In this document: positions 1 through 9,001 of the stretch, in pieces | Position numbering within the stretch: position 1 is the stretch's first letter | Layout: the number at the start of each line of letters is the position of its first letter | Virus record (IMG/VR): IMGVR_UViG_3300033487_000005 | Span: 1-60,514 of that record | Length of the DNA stretch: 60,514 nt | Direction: 5' to 3' (one strand) | Origin: a virus | Taxonomy: Duplodnaviria > Caudoviricetes | The notes under the pieces: generated by a model | Seen by the model: only the letters and a program-made list of their open reading frames with translations | The model's database searches: none | Told to the model about the DNA's origin: nothing | Position numbers and translations under genes: made by a program

Positions 1-1
1 T

Positions 2-967
2 CACATCTCTGGCAGTGGCGAGGACATAGGCAACACCAATACGTCTCCTCGGCTCGGAACGTACATCGGCAACCTGACCGACACCAACACGATGGCACCG
101 GACGTCTACAGCCAACTCGATCTGTGGATTTGGGTGCGCGCATCCTGGGTCGGGACCATCACACCGGAGACCTACGACAGGATCATTGTCGGCTTTTGCT
201 ACGCCTACACGAAGGTCGGAACAATCAATTACGGGCTGTCGTACCGGGTCCGCCAGTTCTCGGGATACCACAACAGCGCGACATTTCACCAACACCAGCA
301 GCACAACACCCCTCCCAACACGATCACCAGCGAGGGCTACCACGACTGGTACAACTACGACAGCCCAGATCTCGACGTGTTCGTTTTCCATGTCCGCCCA
401 GGGTACCAGGTCGACAACTACTACGGACAGAGCGCGGCCGGACTGTTCCCGCTACGCAAGGACCTGACGTTCTGTGGATCGAGCGTACTTGCTACGTGCG
501 GAGCCATCCTGCAGGGAGGGATCATCAGCACCGCCTTCTACCCCCACCTCTACTTTTCTGCCAGCGGAGCGGAGATCTTGGTCAAACGGCTCAAGGTCGA
601 ATACCTATCGCTCGCAATCAGCTCTGGCGGAGGTGGAGACCACGAGGGGTTCACCGACGTCACCATCAGCGGAGGCGGCATCTCCGGGTTCACGAGCCAC
701 CGCACACTGCGGGTCTCCGGCACCGGTCCACTCGTCGGAATTCAGGACACGGGATTTGCTGACGGAGAGTCCATCACCATCGCCTTCGTAGCCGACACGA
801 CGATCACCGGGATGGGAGCCACCAGCCTCGTACCAATCAAAGGTCCATTCGACCAGGAAACCTACCTGAGTTCGTTCACCGTCCCTGCCGGGGAGGAAAT
901 CACATTGCGCTTCTACGCCGGTGGCGGCGTCCCATTCTTCAAGTACCGAGGAGGTTCAACAGTATGA
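2..967 (+). CDS. Putative tail-tip/receptor-binding protein, 3' part
   Basis: Frame open from position 2; beta-rich Thr/Ser/Gly/Tyr composition; follows baseplate and fibre genes on the circle. Confidence 0.7.
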   Translation, partial: HISGSGEDIGNTNTSPRLGTYIGNLTDTNTMAPDVYSQLDLWIWVRASWVGTITPETYDRIIVGFCYAYTKVGTINYGLSYRVRQFSGYHNSATFHQHQQHNTPPNTITSEGYHDWYNYDSPDLDVFVFHVRPGYQVDNYYGQSAAGLFPLRKDLTFCGSSVLATCGAILQGGIISTAFYPHLYFSASGAEILVKRLKVEYLSLAISSGGGGDHEGFTDVTISGGGISGFTSHRTLRVSGTGPLVGIQDTGFADGESITIAFVADTTITGMGATSLVPIKGPFDQETYLSSFTVPAGEEITLRFYAGGGVPFFKYRGGSTV

Positions 968-2085
968 AAACGCTCAAGCTCGCAGTCATGGTCGCGTCCA
1001 TCGCTATGTGCACGTTCGGAGCAACCATGGCCATGGCGGCCTGCTACGAGCAGCTGGTGCGTGTCTCGTGCCCAACTGGCAAGATCTCTCCAGCTCTCAT
1101 CCCTACCACAACGGAGACATCGACGGCCTACGTGCCGTGGTCGGCTGTCGAGGGGACTGGCACCGCCACCAGCACATCGTCGGGCACGCTCGTGCACGCC
1201 GCTGACCCGCGTCTGAGCGATGCGCGCGTTCCCACCACGCATACCCATACCGTGACCGACGTCGGAGGCGCCGCATCGACCGCGTGGGTGACGTCGGTCC
1301 TGACCGGCTACGCGACCATGGCCTACACGACGGCCACCCAGATCGATCTCACCACGGACGCAAACCAAACCATCACCGCGAGTGGGACCGCTACCATCGG
1401 AGGGGTTGCCGCCTACGCGAACAACGTCGCTACCTACTCGCAGACTTTTCAGGTCATCAACGGGAGCGGCCTGTACATTCGCTGTAGCGCGACCTCGAGT
1501 AGTGACACGGGGTCCACGTACACATCGCCATCCGTCTCCTGGCCACTATCCTCCTTCAGCTCTATGCTGCCGTGGTGGTCGGACGACGTCTGGGTATTGG
1601 TCAAGGCCACCTACTCCAGGACTCCAGCAGCGAACTATGAAACCGCGAAGGTAGGGGTCGCCTACAACGCCTCGGCTGCCGGCTCTGTCGTTGGAGCAAG
1701 CTGGCGTATACGCCAGGCGGACATATACAATACCGGCTACTCTGGGAACTACTGTCAGAATGTCGGTGACGTCACGGCACCAGCTGGATCGGACGTGTAC
1801 CGCGGTTCGGCGGCGTGCGGCTCCGTGGCGGCCACCTGGGATATCGCAGCATTCCACGTCAAGGGAAACCACGAGGTCGTGGCGTTCGCCGGCCAGTCGG
1901 TCGGCGGAGCATTCCCGGCCATCACCGCGTTGACCTATCTCTACACCGTCGAGATTGGAGCCGTGACGATCTCTGGAGGCGTGCAAACCGTCGAATACCC
2001 GTCGATCTTCGCCGGAGCTTCATCGCAGAATACCGACGGGAACGCTGACATTCTCGTGACAGGGCTGCTCGTTATGTACCGATGA
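964..2085 (+). CDS. Signal-peptide-bearing paralogue of the preceding tail-tip protein domain
   Basis: MKTLKLAVMVASIAMCTFGATMAMA N-terminus; collinear motifs shared with the upstream protein (DxTTDANxTI, V.NG.G..I, FHV...GQS..G.FP). Confidence 0.7.
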   Translation: MKTLKLAVMVASIAMCTFGATMAMAACYEQLVRVSCPTGKISPALIPTTTETSTAYVPWSAVEGTGTATSTSSGTLVHAADPRLSDARVPTTHTHTVTDVGGAASTAWVTSVLTGYATMAYTTATQIDLTTDANQTITASGTATIGGVAAYANNVATYSQTFQVINGSGLYIRCSATSSSDTGSTYTSPSVSWPLSSFSSMLPWWSDDVWVLVKATYSRTPAANYETAKVGVAYNASAAGSVVGASWRIRQADIYNTGYSGNYCQNVGDVTAPAGSDVYRGSAACGSVAATWDIAAFHVKGNHEVVAFAGQSVGGAFPAITALTYLYTVEIGAVTISGGVQTVEYPSIFAGASSQNTDGNADILVTGLLVMYR

Positions 2086-2141
2086 CGAGCAAAGGAACGC
2101 CAAGGTTGGGCGGTACAATGTGAGAAGTCAAGGAGATCACC

Positions 2142-2669
2142 ATGGGAACACCAAACGTAGTCGTTCAAGTCGAGCGCGCATTCGTCAGCAATCTGCCAGT
2201 TGCCCCGAGCTCCGGGCAAACGGTGGTCCTGTTTGCCACCCATCCGTGCACGCTTGGGACGGGTGGCGCCTCCGTCACCTCGACATTCGAGCGCGGGGGT
2301 GGTTCCCCGGACCCGAGCGGGACGACAACGGTCATAGTGGACCCGGACGCGCTCGAGGAGATCGAAGCAACATTCGCGAAGCACGATGTCGCTAGCGCGG
2401 CCAATGGCCTGCGAGCATATCAGTTGCTCGACGATGGAACCTGGGCAGAGACGGACATGAAGGGCTACGTTGGAGGCGTGGCCAACCAGCCAACGATCGG
2501 ATCTGCCGCTGCAATCCAGGTACCTGCTCTTACGACCGGACAGGAGTGGTCCGAGAACTTCGACGTAGGACGATATCGCGGATTTGCTCTCACCTACACG
2601 GCCGGGACGTCGAATCTCAGCGAGTGGAAGCTGACGATCGCTGCCAAGTACGCCAAGCAGGGAGGTTGA
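2142..2669 (+). CDS. Hypothetical protein, possibly virion-associated
   Basis: AAGGAG RBS; 175 aa. Confidence 0.7.
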   Translation: MGTPNVVVQVERAFVSNLPVAPSSGQTVVLFATHPCTLGTGGASVTSTFERGGGSPDPSGTTTVIVDPDALEEIEATFAKHDVASAANGLRAYQLLDDGTWAETDMKGYVGGVANQPTIGSAAAIQVPALTTGQEWSENFDVGRYRGFALTYTAGTSNLSEWKLTIAAKYAKQGG

Positions 2670-2672
2670 GCC

Positions 2673-3386
2673 ATGTCCGATCATCCCGGAAAGACAGGCT
2701 CGGGAGAATTTAGCCCGACCGAGCGGGCGGCGCTCGTGTCGCTGGCGGCGACGACCGCTCCAGGTGGATTCGGGCCACAGGTGTCGCGCTTCCTTCACGC
2801 CAACATGGTCGACGGAAACGGACTTCCGCTTCTCAAGTACTTCGAGGCCGAGCACTACGGGCTCAATCCAGGCGGCGGAACACCGTCGTTGCCCGGTGGG
2901 ATGACTGCGCCGGTTATACGGGGCGGCGGCAGAGCTGTTGGTGCTTGCGGGATCAGTGGGTACATCGTCACGAATCCACATACGACCACGTGGGCGATTG
3001 CGTGCCAGGCGAAATTTCCGGTCCCGACTACCGGACAGTATGCTTTCATCAGCTTGGCTGGAGCGGCTGGGGGAATTCGGTTTGGGACCTACTACGATGG
3101 AAGCGTTGCGAATCGTACAAACTTCGCGTTCATGCTCGATGATGGCGCGGGGTACACATTCGACACGGTGGTTCCTTGGGTAGATGCGTACCGAGTGTTT
3201 ATTCTCAGTTTCGACCTCACGACAATCAGGCTATGGATTGGAGCGCTGCCTGACGATCCTGCGGACTCGATGGTGTGTACGCTGGCAGCATCGACGGCAA
3301 ATCTCACACATATGATCACGGACAACTCGCTAATCTACTGCTCCGGTGTGTCGAAGTACCTGATAGACGCTGGTCAGGCTTGGTAG
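2673..3386 (+). CDS. Hypothetical beta-sandwich (lectin/LamG-like?) protein
   Basis: GGAGG RBS; alternating hydrophobic strands (RVFILSFDLTTIRLWIG); fold is inferred. Confidence 0.55.
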   Translation: MSDHPGKTGSGEFSPTERAALVSLAATTAPGGFGPQVSRFLHANMVDGNGLPLLKYFEAEHYGLNPGGGTPSLPGGMTAPVIRGGGRAVGACGISGYIVTNPHTTTWAIACQAKFPVPTTGQYAFISLAGAAGGIRFGTYYDGSVANRTNFAFMLDDGAGYTFDTVVPWVDAYRVFILSFDLTTIRLWIGALPDDPADSMVCTLAASTANLTHMITDNSLIYCSGVSKYLIDAGQAW

Positions 3387-4373
3387 ATGAGCAACACGTA
3401 CTCAATAGGTTGCCGTTCCGCGTTTCCGACAACACCGAGACTTTTCCCGTTTGCTAGGCAGGGTCTGCTGTTTGAAGCTCGGGAGACTGAGCTTCAGCAG
3501 CACGATCCGTGGCCCGAGATCGTCGGCGACGCGTTGTACATGTTCTATGCGTACTACGATGGAATAGGCATAGGCATTAGCTATGCAAGCTGCTCTCTCG
3601 CCGACTACATATCGGCTCCGACCAATCTGGTCCGCCACGGGTCATGGGTAGTTGCTCCAGACCCAGGCGGGCTTGGAGATGTATTTCACACCGCCCCCTG
3701 CTTGTTTCATCTCCCAGGCGGTGGATGGTTCATGTTTGCGCACGTGTACAAGGACGGTCGAGATCGCGGATTTTTGGACTATTGCAGTGAGAGCGAATTC
3801 CCGAACACGTGGCACAAATACGGAATCGTCCTGGACTCGCAGGGGGAAGAGTCGTGGATTCACAATCAGTCATTTGTCCCTCCATGGGAATCCCCGTCCG
3901 GCCTGTGGGAATGCGTGTACGCTACCTGCCCCGACGCCGGGGGTCCATGGGTGGCTAGGCGCGCGACATCACCAGACGGATATACCTGGACAAGGCATGG
4001 GATCGTCATGTCGCCCACCGGAGCGTCGGGAGACTTCGATCGGCTTGGTGTGCATCCACTCGGGAAGATCTACAAATTCGGTGACGTGTTCGTGGGCACG
4101 TACCAAGGATACGATGGTGTGACCTGGAGACCTGGAATGTACGCCACGCGAGACTTTGTGAGATTTTGGAGATCTCCGTATGGTTCCATTTGGCAGCCGT
4201 CTTCGAGCGTAGGAGCCTATGACCACGGAAGCATAGAATCTCCCACGCTGTTTGCTTTCCAAGACCAAATTCAGTTGCTCGCGAACACATCTCTGGTATT
4301 CGTAGGCGGAGAGACTCCTGGTACCGGAGGAGGGTATGACTACCAAATCGCTTGGGCAACGCTGACACCGTAG
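3387..4373 (+). CDS. Five-bladed beta-propeller glycoside hydrolase-like protein (GH43/32/130-like)
   Basis: HDPW start; repeated blades (RATSPDGYTWTRHGIVMSP, GDFD, YDHGSIESP). Confidence 0.7.
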   Translation: MSNTYSIGCRSAFPTTPRLFPFARQGLLFEARETELQQHDPWPEIVGDALYMFYAYYDGIGIGISYASCSLADYISAPTNLVRHGSWVVAPDPGGLGDVFHTAPCLFHLPGGGWFMFAHVYKDGRDRGFLDYCSESEFPNTWHKYGIVLDSQGEESWIHNQSFVPPWESPSGLWECVYATCPDAGGPWVARRATSPDGYTWTRHGIVMSPTGASGDFDRLGVHPLGKIYKFGDVFVGTYQGYDGVTWRPGMYATRDFVRFWRSPYGSIWQPSSSVGAYDHGSIESPTLFAFQDQIQLLANTSLVFVGGETPGTGGGYDYQIAWATLTP

Positions 4374-4386
4374 GAGACACCAATCA

Positions 4387-4641
4387 ATGATCGCAAAGAA
4401 GCTCAACCTGAACACGGTCTTGCTGGTTCTTGGCCTCGCCGCAGAATTCGGGCCAGACATTGCTGGCGCATCGACTGCGCTCGCGGGAACGGGTGTCGAG
4501 TGGCTCGTGCCAGTTTCGCGCGTACTCGGGGCGGTGGCGCTGATTCTCGGTAGCCTTGCCCGCGCACTCCCGAAAGCGCGCCCGATGCTCGCAGCGCTTA
4601 ACCTGGCGAGCCCACCCGCGCCTCCAAAGGACGCGACGTGA
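4387..4641 (+). CDS. Small membrane protein, candidate holin
   Basis: GGAG RBS; two hydrophobic segments; lysis-cassette position. Confidence 0.55.
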   Translation: MIAKKLNLNTVLLVLGLAAEFGPDIAGASTALAGTGVEWLVPVSRVLGAVALILGSLARALPKARPMLAALNLASPPAPPKDAT

Positions 4642-4736
4642 AGCGCGCGCTTGCCTTCGCCATCCTGGCCGCGGCGCTCCCGGTCTGCGTGGTCCTGGCC
4701 TGGTTCGCGGCGGCAACGGAAAGGCGGCGCGCGTGA
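4638..4736 (+). CDS. 32-aa single-TM peptide (not in the ORF track)
   Basis: MKRALAFAILAAALPVCVVLAWFAAATERRRA; GTGA overlaps at both ends. Confidence 0.5.
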   Translation: MKRALAFAILAAALPVCVVLAWFAAATERRRA

Positions 4737-5326
4737 TCAACCCACTAGGATGGGTTCCGCTGTTGATCTTTCTCGCGATGGCGGCCGTGTTAGGATTTCT
4801 GCTTGCCGGATGCGCGACGATGCCTACCACAGCGGGCATCCCGAACCTGCGCCAGGTCACGCCGCACGCGTGGCGCTCAGGCCAGCCGACGACGGTCGAG
4901 CAGTGGGGCTACCTGCGCTCCCTCGGCGTGGCCACCGTCATCAAGCTCGACTGCGATGACGAGGGGGACGGCAACAACGACCGCGGCGGCGAGTCCGCCG
5001 GCCTGCAGGTCTACCGGATGTGCCTGCACCCGCGCACTGATGGTTGGGGCATCGTCGAGATCTGGCGCGGGCCGAGCGATGAGGAGTTGCGCGCCCTCGA
5101 CTGGATTGCTCGGGCCATCGCGGCCGATGTGACCTACCCGGTGCTCTGGCACTGCGTGAACGGCCGCGAGCGCACCGGCCTGCTCTCCGGCATGGTCGTG
5201 CGCTACCGATACGGCTGGACACGCGGCGAGGCGTACGCGTACATGCTGGAGACTGGTTTCCGCCCGCTGGCCGTGGGGGTCGCGCGGGCTTGGAGACGTT
5301 GGAACTTGGAGGTGTATCGACCATGA
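4733..5326 (+). CDS. Cys-dependent tyrosine/dual-specificity phosphatase-family lipoprotein
   Basis: P-loop HCVNGRERTG (HCxxGxxR); RSGQP motif; signal ending in lipobox LLAGC. Confidence 0.85.
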   Translation: MINPLGWVPLLIFLAMAAVLGFLLAGCATMPTTAGIPNLRQVTPHAWRSGQPTTVEQWGYLRSLGVATVIKLDCDDEGDGNNDRGGESAGLQVYRMCLHPRTDGWGIVEIWRGPSDEELRALDWIARAIAADVTYPVLWHCVNGRERTGLLSGMVVRYRYGWTRGEAYAYMLETGFRPLAVGVARAWRRWNLEVYRP

Positions 5327-6120
5327 ACAGAGCACTTGGATGGAAGAAACCAGAACCGCACCAGCTCGCGCGCCTGAAGTGCGCCGGGCCAGAGGCGGGC
5401 GACTCGGTGCTGGCAGACGTCGAGGCCGCGCCGACATCGAACCTCTACGCGCTCTGCAAGGTGCTCGATCAGGGGCGGCTTGGAAGCTGCACCGCTAACG
5501 CCGTCGTGCAGGCCATCCGTGCCGCACAGGTGCGGGCCGGGAAGACTGACCCGACCTTCGCGTCTCGCCTGGCTCTCTACTACTGGGCGCGCGTCCAGGA
5601 CGGCAGCCAGGACCGCGACGTGGGAACGAACATTGCCACCGTCGTCGATATGGCCGCGTGGATCGGCGTCCCGGCAGAGGAGTGCTGGCCCTACGCGATC
5701 GAGCGCTTCGCCAAGCTTCCAGGCCCCGACGTGTACCGAGCGGCCTTCGATTTGCGCGGCGACATCGGCGTGCAGTACCACCCCATCAGCTCGCAGGGGG
5801 ACGCGTTCATCATCGACATGGAGCGCGCCTTGACCGCGGGGTTCCCGGTGGTTTTCGGCGTAGACGTGAGCGAGGAATTCTGCTCGACCTACCCAAGCGG
5901 CATCATCGAGCCCCCAAAGCCGGGCACGGTTGCCGGCGGCCACGCGCTGACAGCCATCGGACACGACCGCGACTCCCGCAAGGTGCTCGTGCTCAACTCC
6001 TGGGGGGACTGGGGCGACCCAGAGCTCCAGACGGGCTGCTGCTGGTTCTCGTACGACTACCTGGCCCAATCGGCCGATCGATGGATCGTGCCGGTGGCCC
6101 CATCACCGAGGTTGCCATGA
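5323..6120 (+). CDS. Papain-like (C1 family) cysteine peptidase
   Basis: DQGRLGSCTANA, GGHAL and NSWG catalytic Gln/Cys/His/Asn motifs. Confidence 0.9.
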   Translation: MNRALGWKKPEPHQLARLKCAGPEAGDSVLADVEAAPTSNLYALCKVLDQGRLGSCTANAVVQAIRAAQVRAGKTDPTFASRLALYYWARVQDGSQDRDVGTNIATVVDMAAWIGVPAEECWPYAIERFAKLPGPDVYRAAFDLRGDIGVQYHPISSQGDAFIIDMERALTAGFPVVFGVDVSEEFCSTYPSGIIEPPKPGTVAGGHALTAIGHDRDSRKVLVLNSWGDWGDPELQTGCCWFSYDYLAQSADRWIVPVAPSPRLP

Positions 6121-6356
6121 GACGACTCACGCTTGCCTGCATCCTGCTCGGCGCCTGCGCCGTTCCCGCCCCCGTCCCCACGTCCGCGACATGCGCCACC
6201 GCGTGCGACCGAGGGAACGCGCTCGCGTGCGTCTGGGCCACGCCTACGCCGATGGGCGCCACCTGCGAGCAGGTCTGCTTGAACGCCAATCGTATCGCAC
6301 CTTGGAACGTGGCATGCTTGACGACGGCGGCAACCTGTGAGGTAGACTGCCCGTAG
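6117..6356 (+). CDS. Small Cys-rich lipoprotein
   Basis: MRRLTLACILLGAC lipobox; CxxxC pairs. Confidence 0.7.
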   Translation: MRRLTLACILLGACAVPAPVPTSATCATACDRGNALACVWATPTPMGATCEQVCLNANRIAPWNVACLTTAATCEVDCP

Positions 6357-6400
6357 AGAATCAACCGCAGCACGGCCGGACGGCCGAGGAGTCTTGACAA

Positions 6401-6757
6401 ATGAACCGACATGATCTGAGAGAGCAGCAGCCGCGCACCCCTACGCCGGTGAATGAGAACGGTGAACGAATGCGCGCGGTGGCTCGCCACGAAGCCATGT
6501 CGGTCGCGCTCGAACACGAGAAGGAATGCCAGAACAGCGGCCCGGTCTGCAAGGTCTGGGAAGCCATCGACGAACTTAGGAATGCTGACAAGAACCTAGG
6601 AGATGCAATGGGAACAATTCGCGAGGAACAGGCAGAGGCGAGAGGGGCGGCGAAACAACAGACGAGGAATTTGGCGATCATCGTGGCGGTGTTCGGCGCC
6701 GTCAATGTGATCGTCGCGGCGGTCGGACTGCTGCTCAAGCTGCGGGGGCACGGGTGA
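6401..6757 (+). CDS. Coiled-coil protein with C-terminal TM (holin/lysis-associated?)
   Basis: C-terminal LAIIVAVFGAVNVIVAAVGLLL. Confidence 0.6.
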   Translation: MNRHDLREQQPRTPTPVNENGERMRAVARHEAMSVALEHEKECQNSGPVCKVWEAIDELRNADKNLGDAMGTIREEQAEARGAAKQQTRNLAIIVAVFGAVNVIVAAVGLLLKLRGHG

Positions 6758-6911
6758 TCGCCGAGCCGCACGGAAAGCCCGTCCCCGTCGTCGCGAAGTG
6801 GTCGGACACCAAATGGGAGATGTGCCCGCGATGCGAGCAGGTACGCGCCGTCGGGGTACCGTGGAAGCGCGCGTGCGTGCCGGTGAAGCACGCGACGAGG
6901 TACATGGGCAC

Positions 6912-7253
6912 ATGATCCACGGCAGGCGCGACGTCACCCACGCCCCCATCCGCGACCGGCTGCGGCTGCTAGGGGCGAGCGTCCGCGACGACGGGGACGC
7001 CGGCCACAACAAGCCCGACCTGCTCGTCGGCATCCTCGGCCACGACTTCCAGGTCGAGTGCAAGTCGGCGAAAAAGGTCCATCACCAGGCCAACGAGGCA
7101 TCCGAAGGCCAGGACAAGTTCGCGGCCGAGTGGCGCGGGGCTCCGGTCATGCGGCTGCGCTCCGTCGAGGATGCGGTGACATGGTACCTGCGCACGCGAG
7201 AGAAGCTGATACGCGAGCGTGAGATTCTGGCCAGATCGGCGGTGAAGCCATGA
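6912..7253 (+). CDS. VRR-NUC-like PD-(D/E)xK nuclease / putative resolvase
   Basis: PDLLVG...QVECKS...QxxF..xWRG pattern. Confidence 0.75.
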   Translation: MIHGRRDVTHAPIRDRLRLLGASVRDDGDAGHNKPDLLVGILGHDFQVECKSAKKVHHQANEASEGQDKFAAEWRGAPVMRLRSVEDAVTWYLRTREKLIREREILARSAVKP

Positions 7254-7477
7254 GCATGGACATCGACTGGACGGAGAAGCTGCGCAAGAAGCACGCCCGC
7301 GTGCTCACCCAGGAGCCGTCGCCGTTGCCACCAAAGCCAGCCGACGTTGCCAACGGGTGGCGGAAGCGCGTGGAGGACCACCGGAAATCCCTGCTCGCTT
7401 GCACGCACGATGGCTCACGCACGCGGAACGACCTCGGCTATGCCTGGTGCTCGAGGTGCGGGAAGCCGCTGCCATGA
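7250..7477 (+). CDS. Small protein with C-terminal Zn-ribbon
   Basis: CTH...CSRCGK; ATGA overlap. Confidence 0.55.
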   Translation: MSMDIDWTEKLRKKHARVLTQEPSPLPPKPADVANGWRKRVEDHRKSLLACTHDGSRTRNDLGYAWCSRCGKPLP

Positions 7478-7572
7478 GCACAGAGCGCGCCGTGCAGCTC
7501 ATGGCCCTGCTCGCCATGCTCGTCAGCCTGGGCTACGCGGTCGGAGTGGCCGTGTCGTGGCTGGCTAGCTGA
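7474..7572 (+). CDS. Small TM peptide
   Basis: Hydrophobic 32 aa; ATGA overlap. Confidence 0.45.
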   Translation: MSTERAVQLMALLAMLVSLGYAVGVAVSWLAS

Positions 7573-7711
7573 CGGTCGGCTTGCGGCGCTTCGGATCCGC
7601 GCGCACCCCGCACCTGCAGATCGTCCAGCCGATTCCCAGCGGGGTGAGGCGCACGCACTTCCCGGCGTGGGCCTCGTGCCCGCAGACTCGGCAGATTGCT
7701 ACCTTCGCCAT
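7565..7711 (-). CDS. Small Cys/His Zn-binding protein
   Basis: CRVCGHEAHAGKC...CRC. Confidence 0.55.
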   Translation of the reverse strand: MAKVAICRVCGHEAHAGKCVRLTPLGIGWTICRCGVRADPKRRKPTVS

Positions 7712-7989
7712 CCGGTCAGCCGCCCTTGCGGGATGGGAACCCGCCAGCACTGGTCGCCGGTTCCTCCGGCGAGCCGCACCCATACCGCTTTCTCCTCGGT
7801 GTACTTGCACACCACGAGCTTGCCCGCGGCTACTCCGTCCATCGTACGCGCCAGCCGGACGCGGTCCCGGCAGTCCTTACCGCACGTGATCTTGGCCTCG
7901 GGGAACCGGTAGGCTCCCAGCCGAGGCGGGCCGGCGAGGACGGGAGAAGCGAACAGGATGACGAGCGCGAGCGTTGCGAATCGGAACAT
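7699..7989 (-). CDS. Small exported protein
   Basis: GAGG RBS; signal peptide MFRFATLALVILFASPVLA; four Cys. Confidence 0.65.
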   Translation of the reverse strand: MFRFATLALVILFASPVLAGPPRLGAYRFPEAKITCGKDCRDRVRLARTMDGVAAGKLVVCKYTEEKAVWVRLAGGTGDQCWRVPIPQGRLTGWRR

Positions 7990-8049
7990 CGATGGACCTC
8001 CACGCAGCGCCGGGCACCCGGAATGAGCGTCTTTTGTTGTCAGCACTGC

Positions 8050-8125
8050 GAGGTAATAGTGGCCACATGTTTCTGCTCTGTCAATGTAGGTGCTTGACAA
8101 ACCTGCCCAAGTTGGCCAAGCTGAG
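8050..8125. promoter_or_regulatory. Back-to-back divergent sigma70-type promoters
   Basis: TGTCAA (8079-84) and TTGACA (8094-99) 9 bp apart; CAAGCT and CACTAT hexamers at 17 bp. Confidence 0.65.
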
Positions 8126-8129
8126 CAGT

Positions 8130-8309
8130 ATGGACAAGCGCAACAGAACCGCATCGAGCGTCGCAATCCTGGAAGGGGACGAGCGCGTAGCCGCCCGCCG
8201 CACGGCCGAGCAGGACGTGGTTGAGCTCGTGATCGTGGACGCCGCCGGCCAGGCCCGTCCCGTGCTGGTCGAGCTCCAGCCTGCGGACTCCTCGAGGCGC
8301 GCAGCATGA
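8130..8309 (+). CDS. Hypothetical protein (probably leaderless)
   Basis: ATG 7 nt after the -10 hexamer. Confidence 0.55.
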   Translation: MDKRNRTASSVAILEGDERVAARRTAEQDVVELVIVDAAGQARPVLVELQPADSSRRAA

Positions 8310-8536
8310 CCACCGTCCAGGCCCTCGCCGACCGCAGACTGATCTACCGAGTATGCGATAAGGCCGATGTCTCACCGACGACGGTCAAGATGGTACTCAT
8401 TGGAGTGCGCCCCAAGCGCGTGCGCGGGCCCCTGCTGCGCGTACTGGCCGCCCTGGCAGCCGAGGGCGTCGACACACCGGAGCGCCTCGCAGACGCAGCC
8501 GGCGCGCCTACGCCGACGAGCCTGCGCGCGGTGTGA
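8306..8536 (+). CDS. Small HTH (Cro-like) regulator
   Basis: RVCDKADVSPTTVKMVL HTH pattern. Confidence 0.55.
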   Translation: MTTVQALADRRLIYRVCDKADVSPTTVKMVLIGVRPKRVRGPLLRVLAALAAEGVDTPERLADAAGAPTPTSLRAV

Positions 8537-8687
8537 CCGGCCGCCCATCCTCGCCAGGCCGCAGCCCCCACAGGTTCACCTGGATCCCGCGAAAGTCGTA
8601 CGCCCAGCGGTTCCCCGGGCTGTCGGGCGGGAGCGGAGCGCGCGGGGACGGTGTCGGCGTTTTCGGATCGGTGAACAGGTCGGGCAT

Positions 8688-8915
8688 CTACAGCCACCTC
8701 GGCGGAACAGCGAGCGCCATTGGCAGGTAGTGGAAGCGCTCCACCGGGAGCGGTTTCTCGAACGGGTCGCGCGCATTGATCTTGAACGCGTGCCCAGGCT
8801 GGCAGGCGCCCCATTTGTCGACGTCGACTAGGCACAGGTAGTTTTCGCTGGCCGGATCCGTGACGGAGTCGAGCGCTGCGACGAGGTCGGACTGGTGGAC
8901 GAGCAGGGTGGCCAT
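8688..8915 (-). CDS. Hypothetical protein
   Basis: 75-aa ORF divergent from the ncRNA promoter. Confidence 0.5.
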   Translation of the reverse strand: MATLLVHQSDLVAALDSVTDPASENYLCLVDVDKWGACQPGHAFKINARDPFEKPLPVERFHYLPMALAVPPRWL

Positions 8916-8966
8916 GACGGAAAGGATAGCACGTCTGGGCCCAGACAGCCGAAGAGCCGGACACCC

Positions 8967-8995
8967 TTGCATTCGGGAGCCGGCTCCTCTAGACT
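8967..8995 (+). promoter_or_regulatory. Sigma70-type promoter with a palindrome in the spacer
   Basis: TTGCAT-17-TAGACT; GGAGCCGGCTCC at 8976-87. Confidence 0.65.
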
Positions 8996-9001
8996 TTGAG
9001 G

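Noticed and set aside
1-127. Terminal repeat as a biological direct terminal repeat
   Set aside because: Its length matches a typical assembler k-mer overlap and it falls in the middle of a gene.
1-2085. Diversity-generating retroelement acting on the tail paralogues
   Set aside because: No reverse transcriptase, and no near-identical nucleotide template/variable repeat pair; the similarity is only at protein level.
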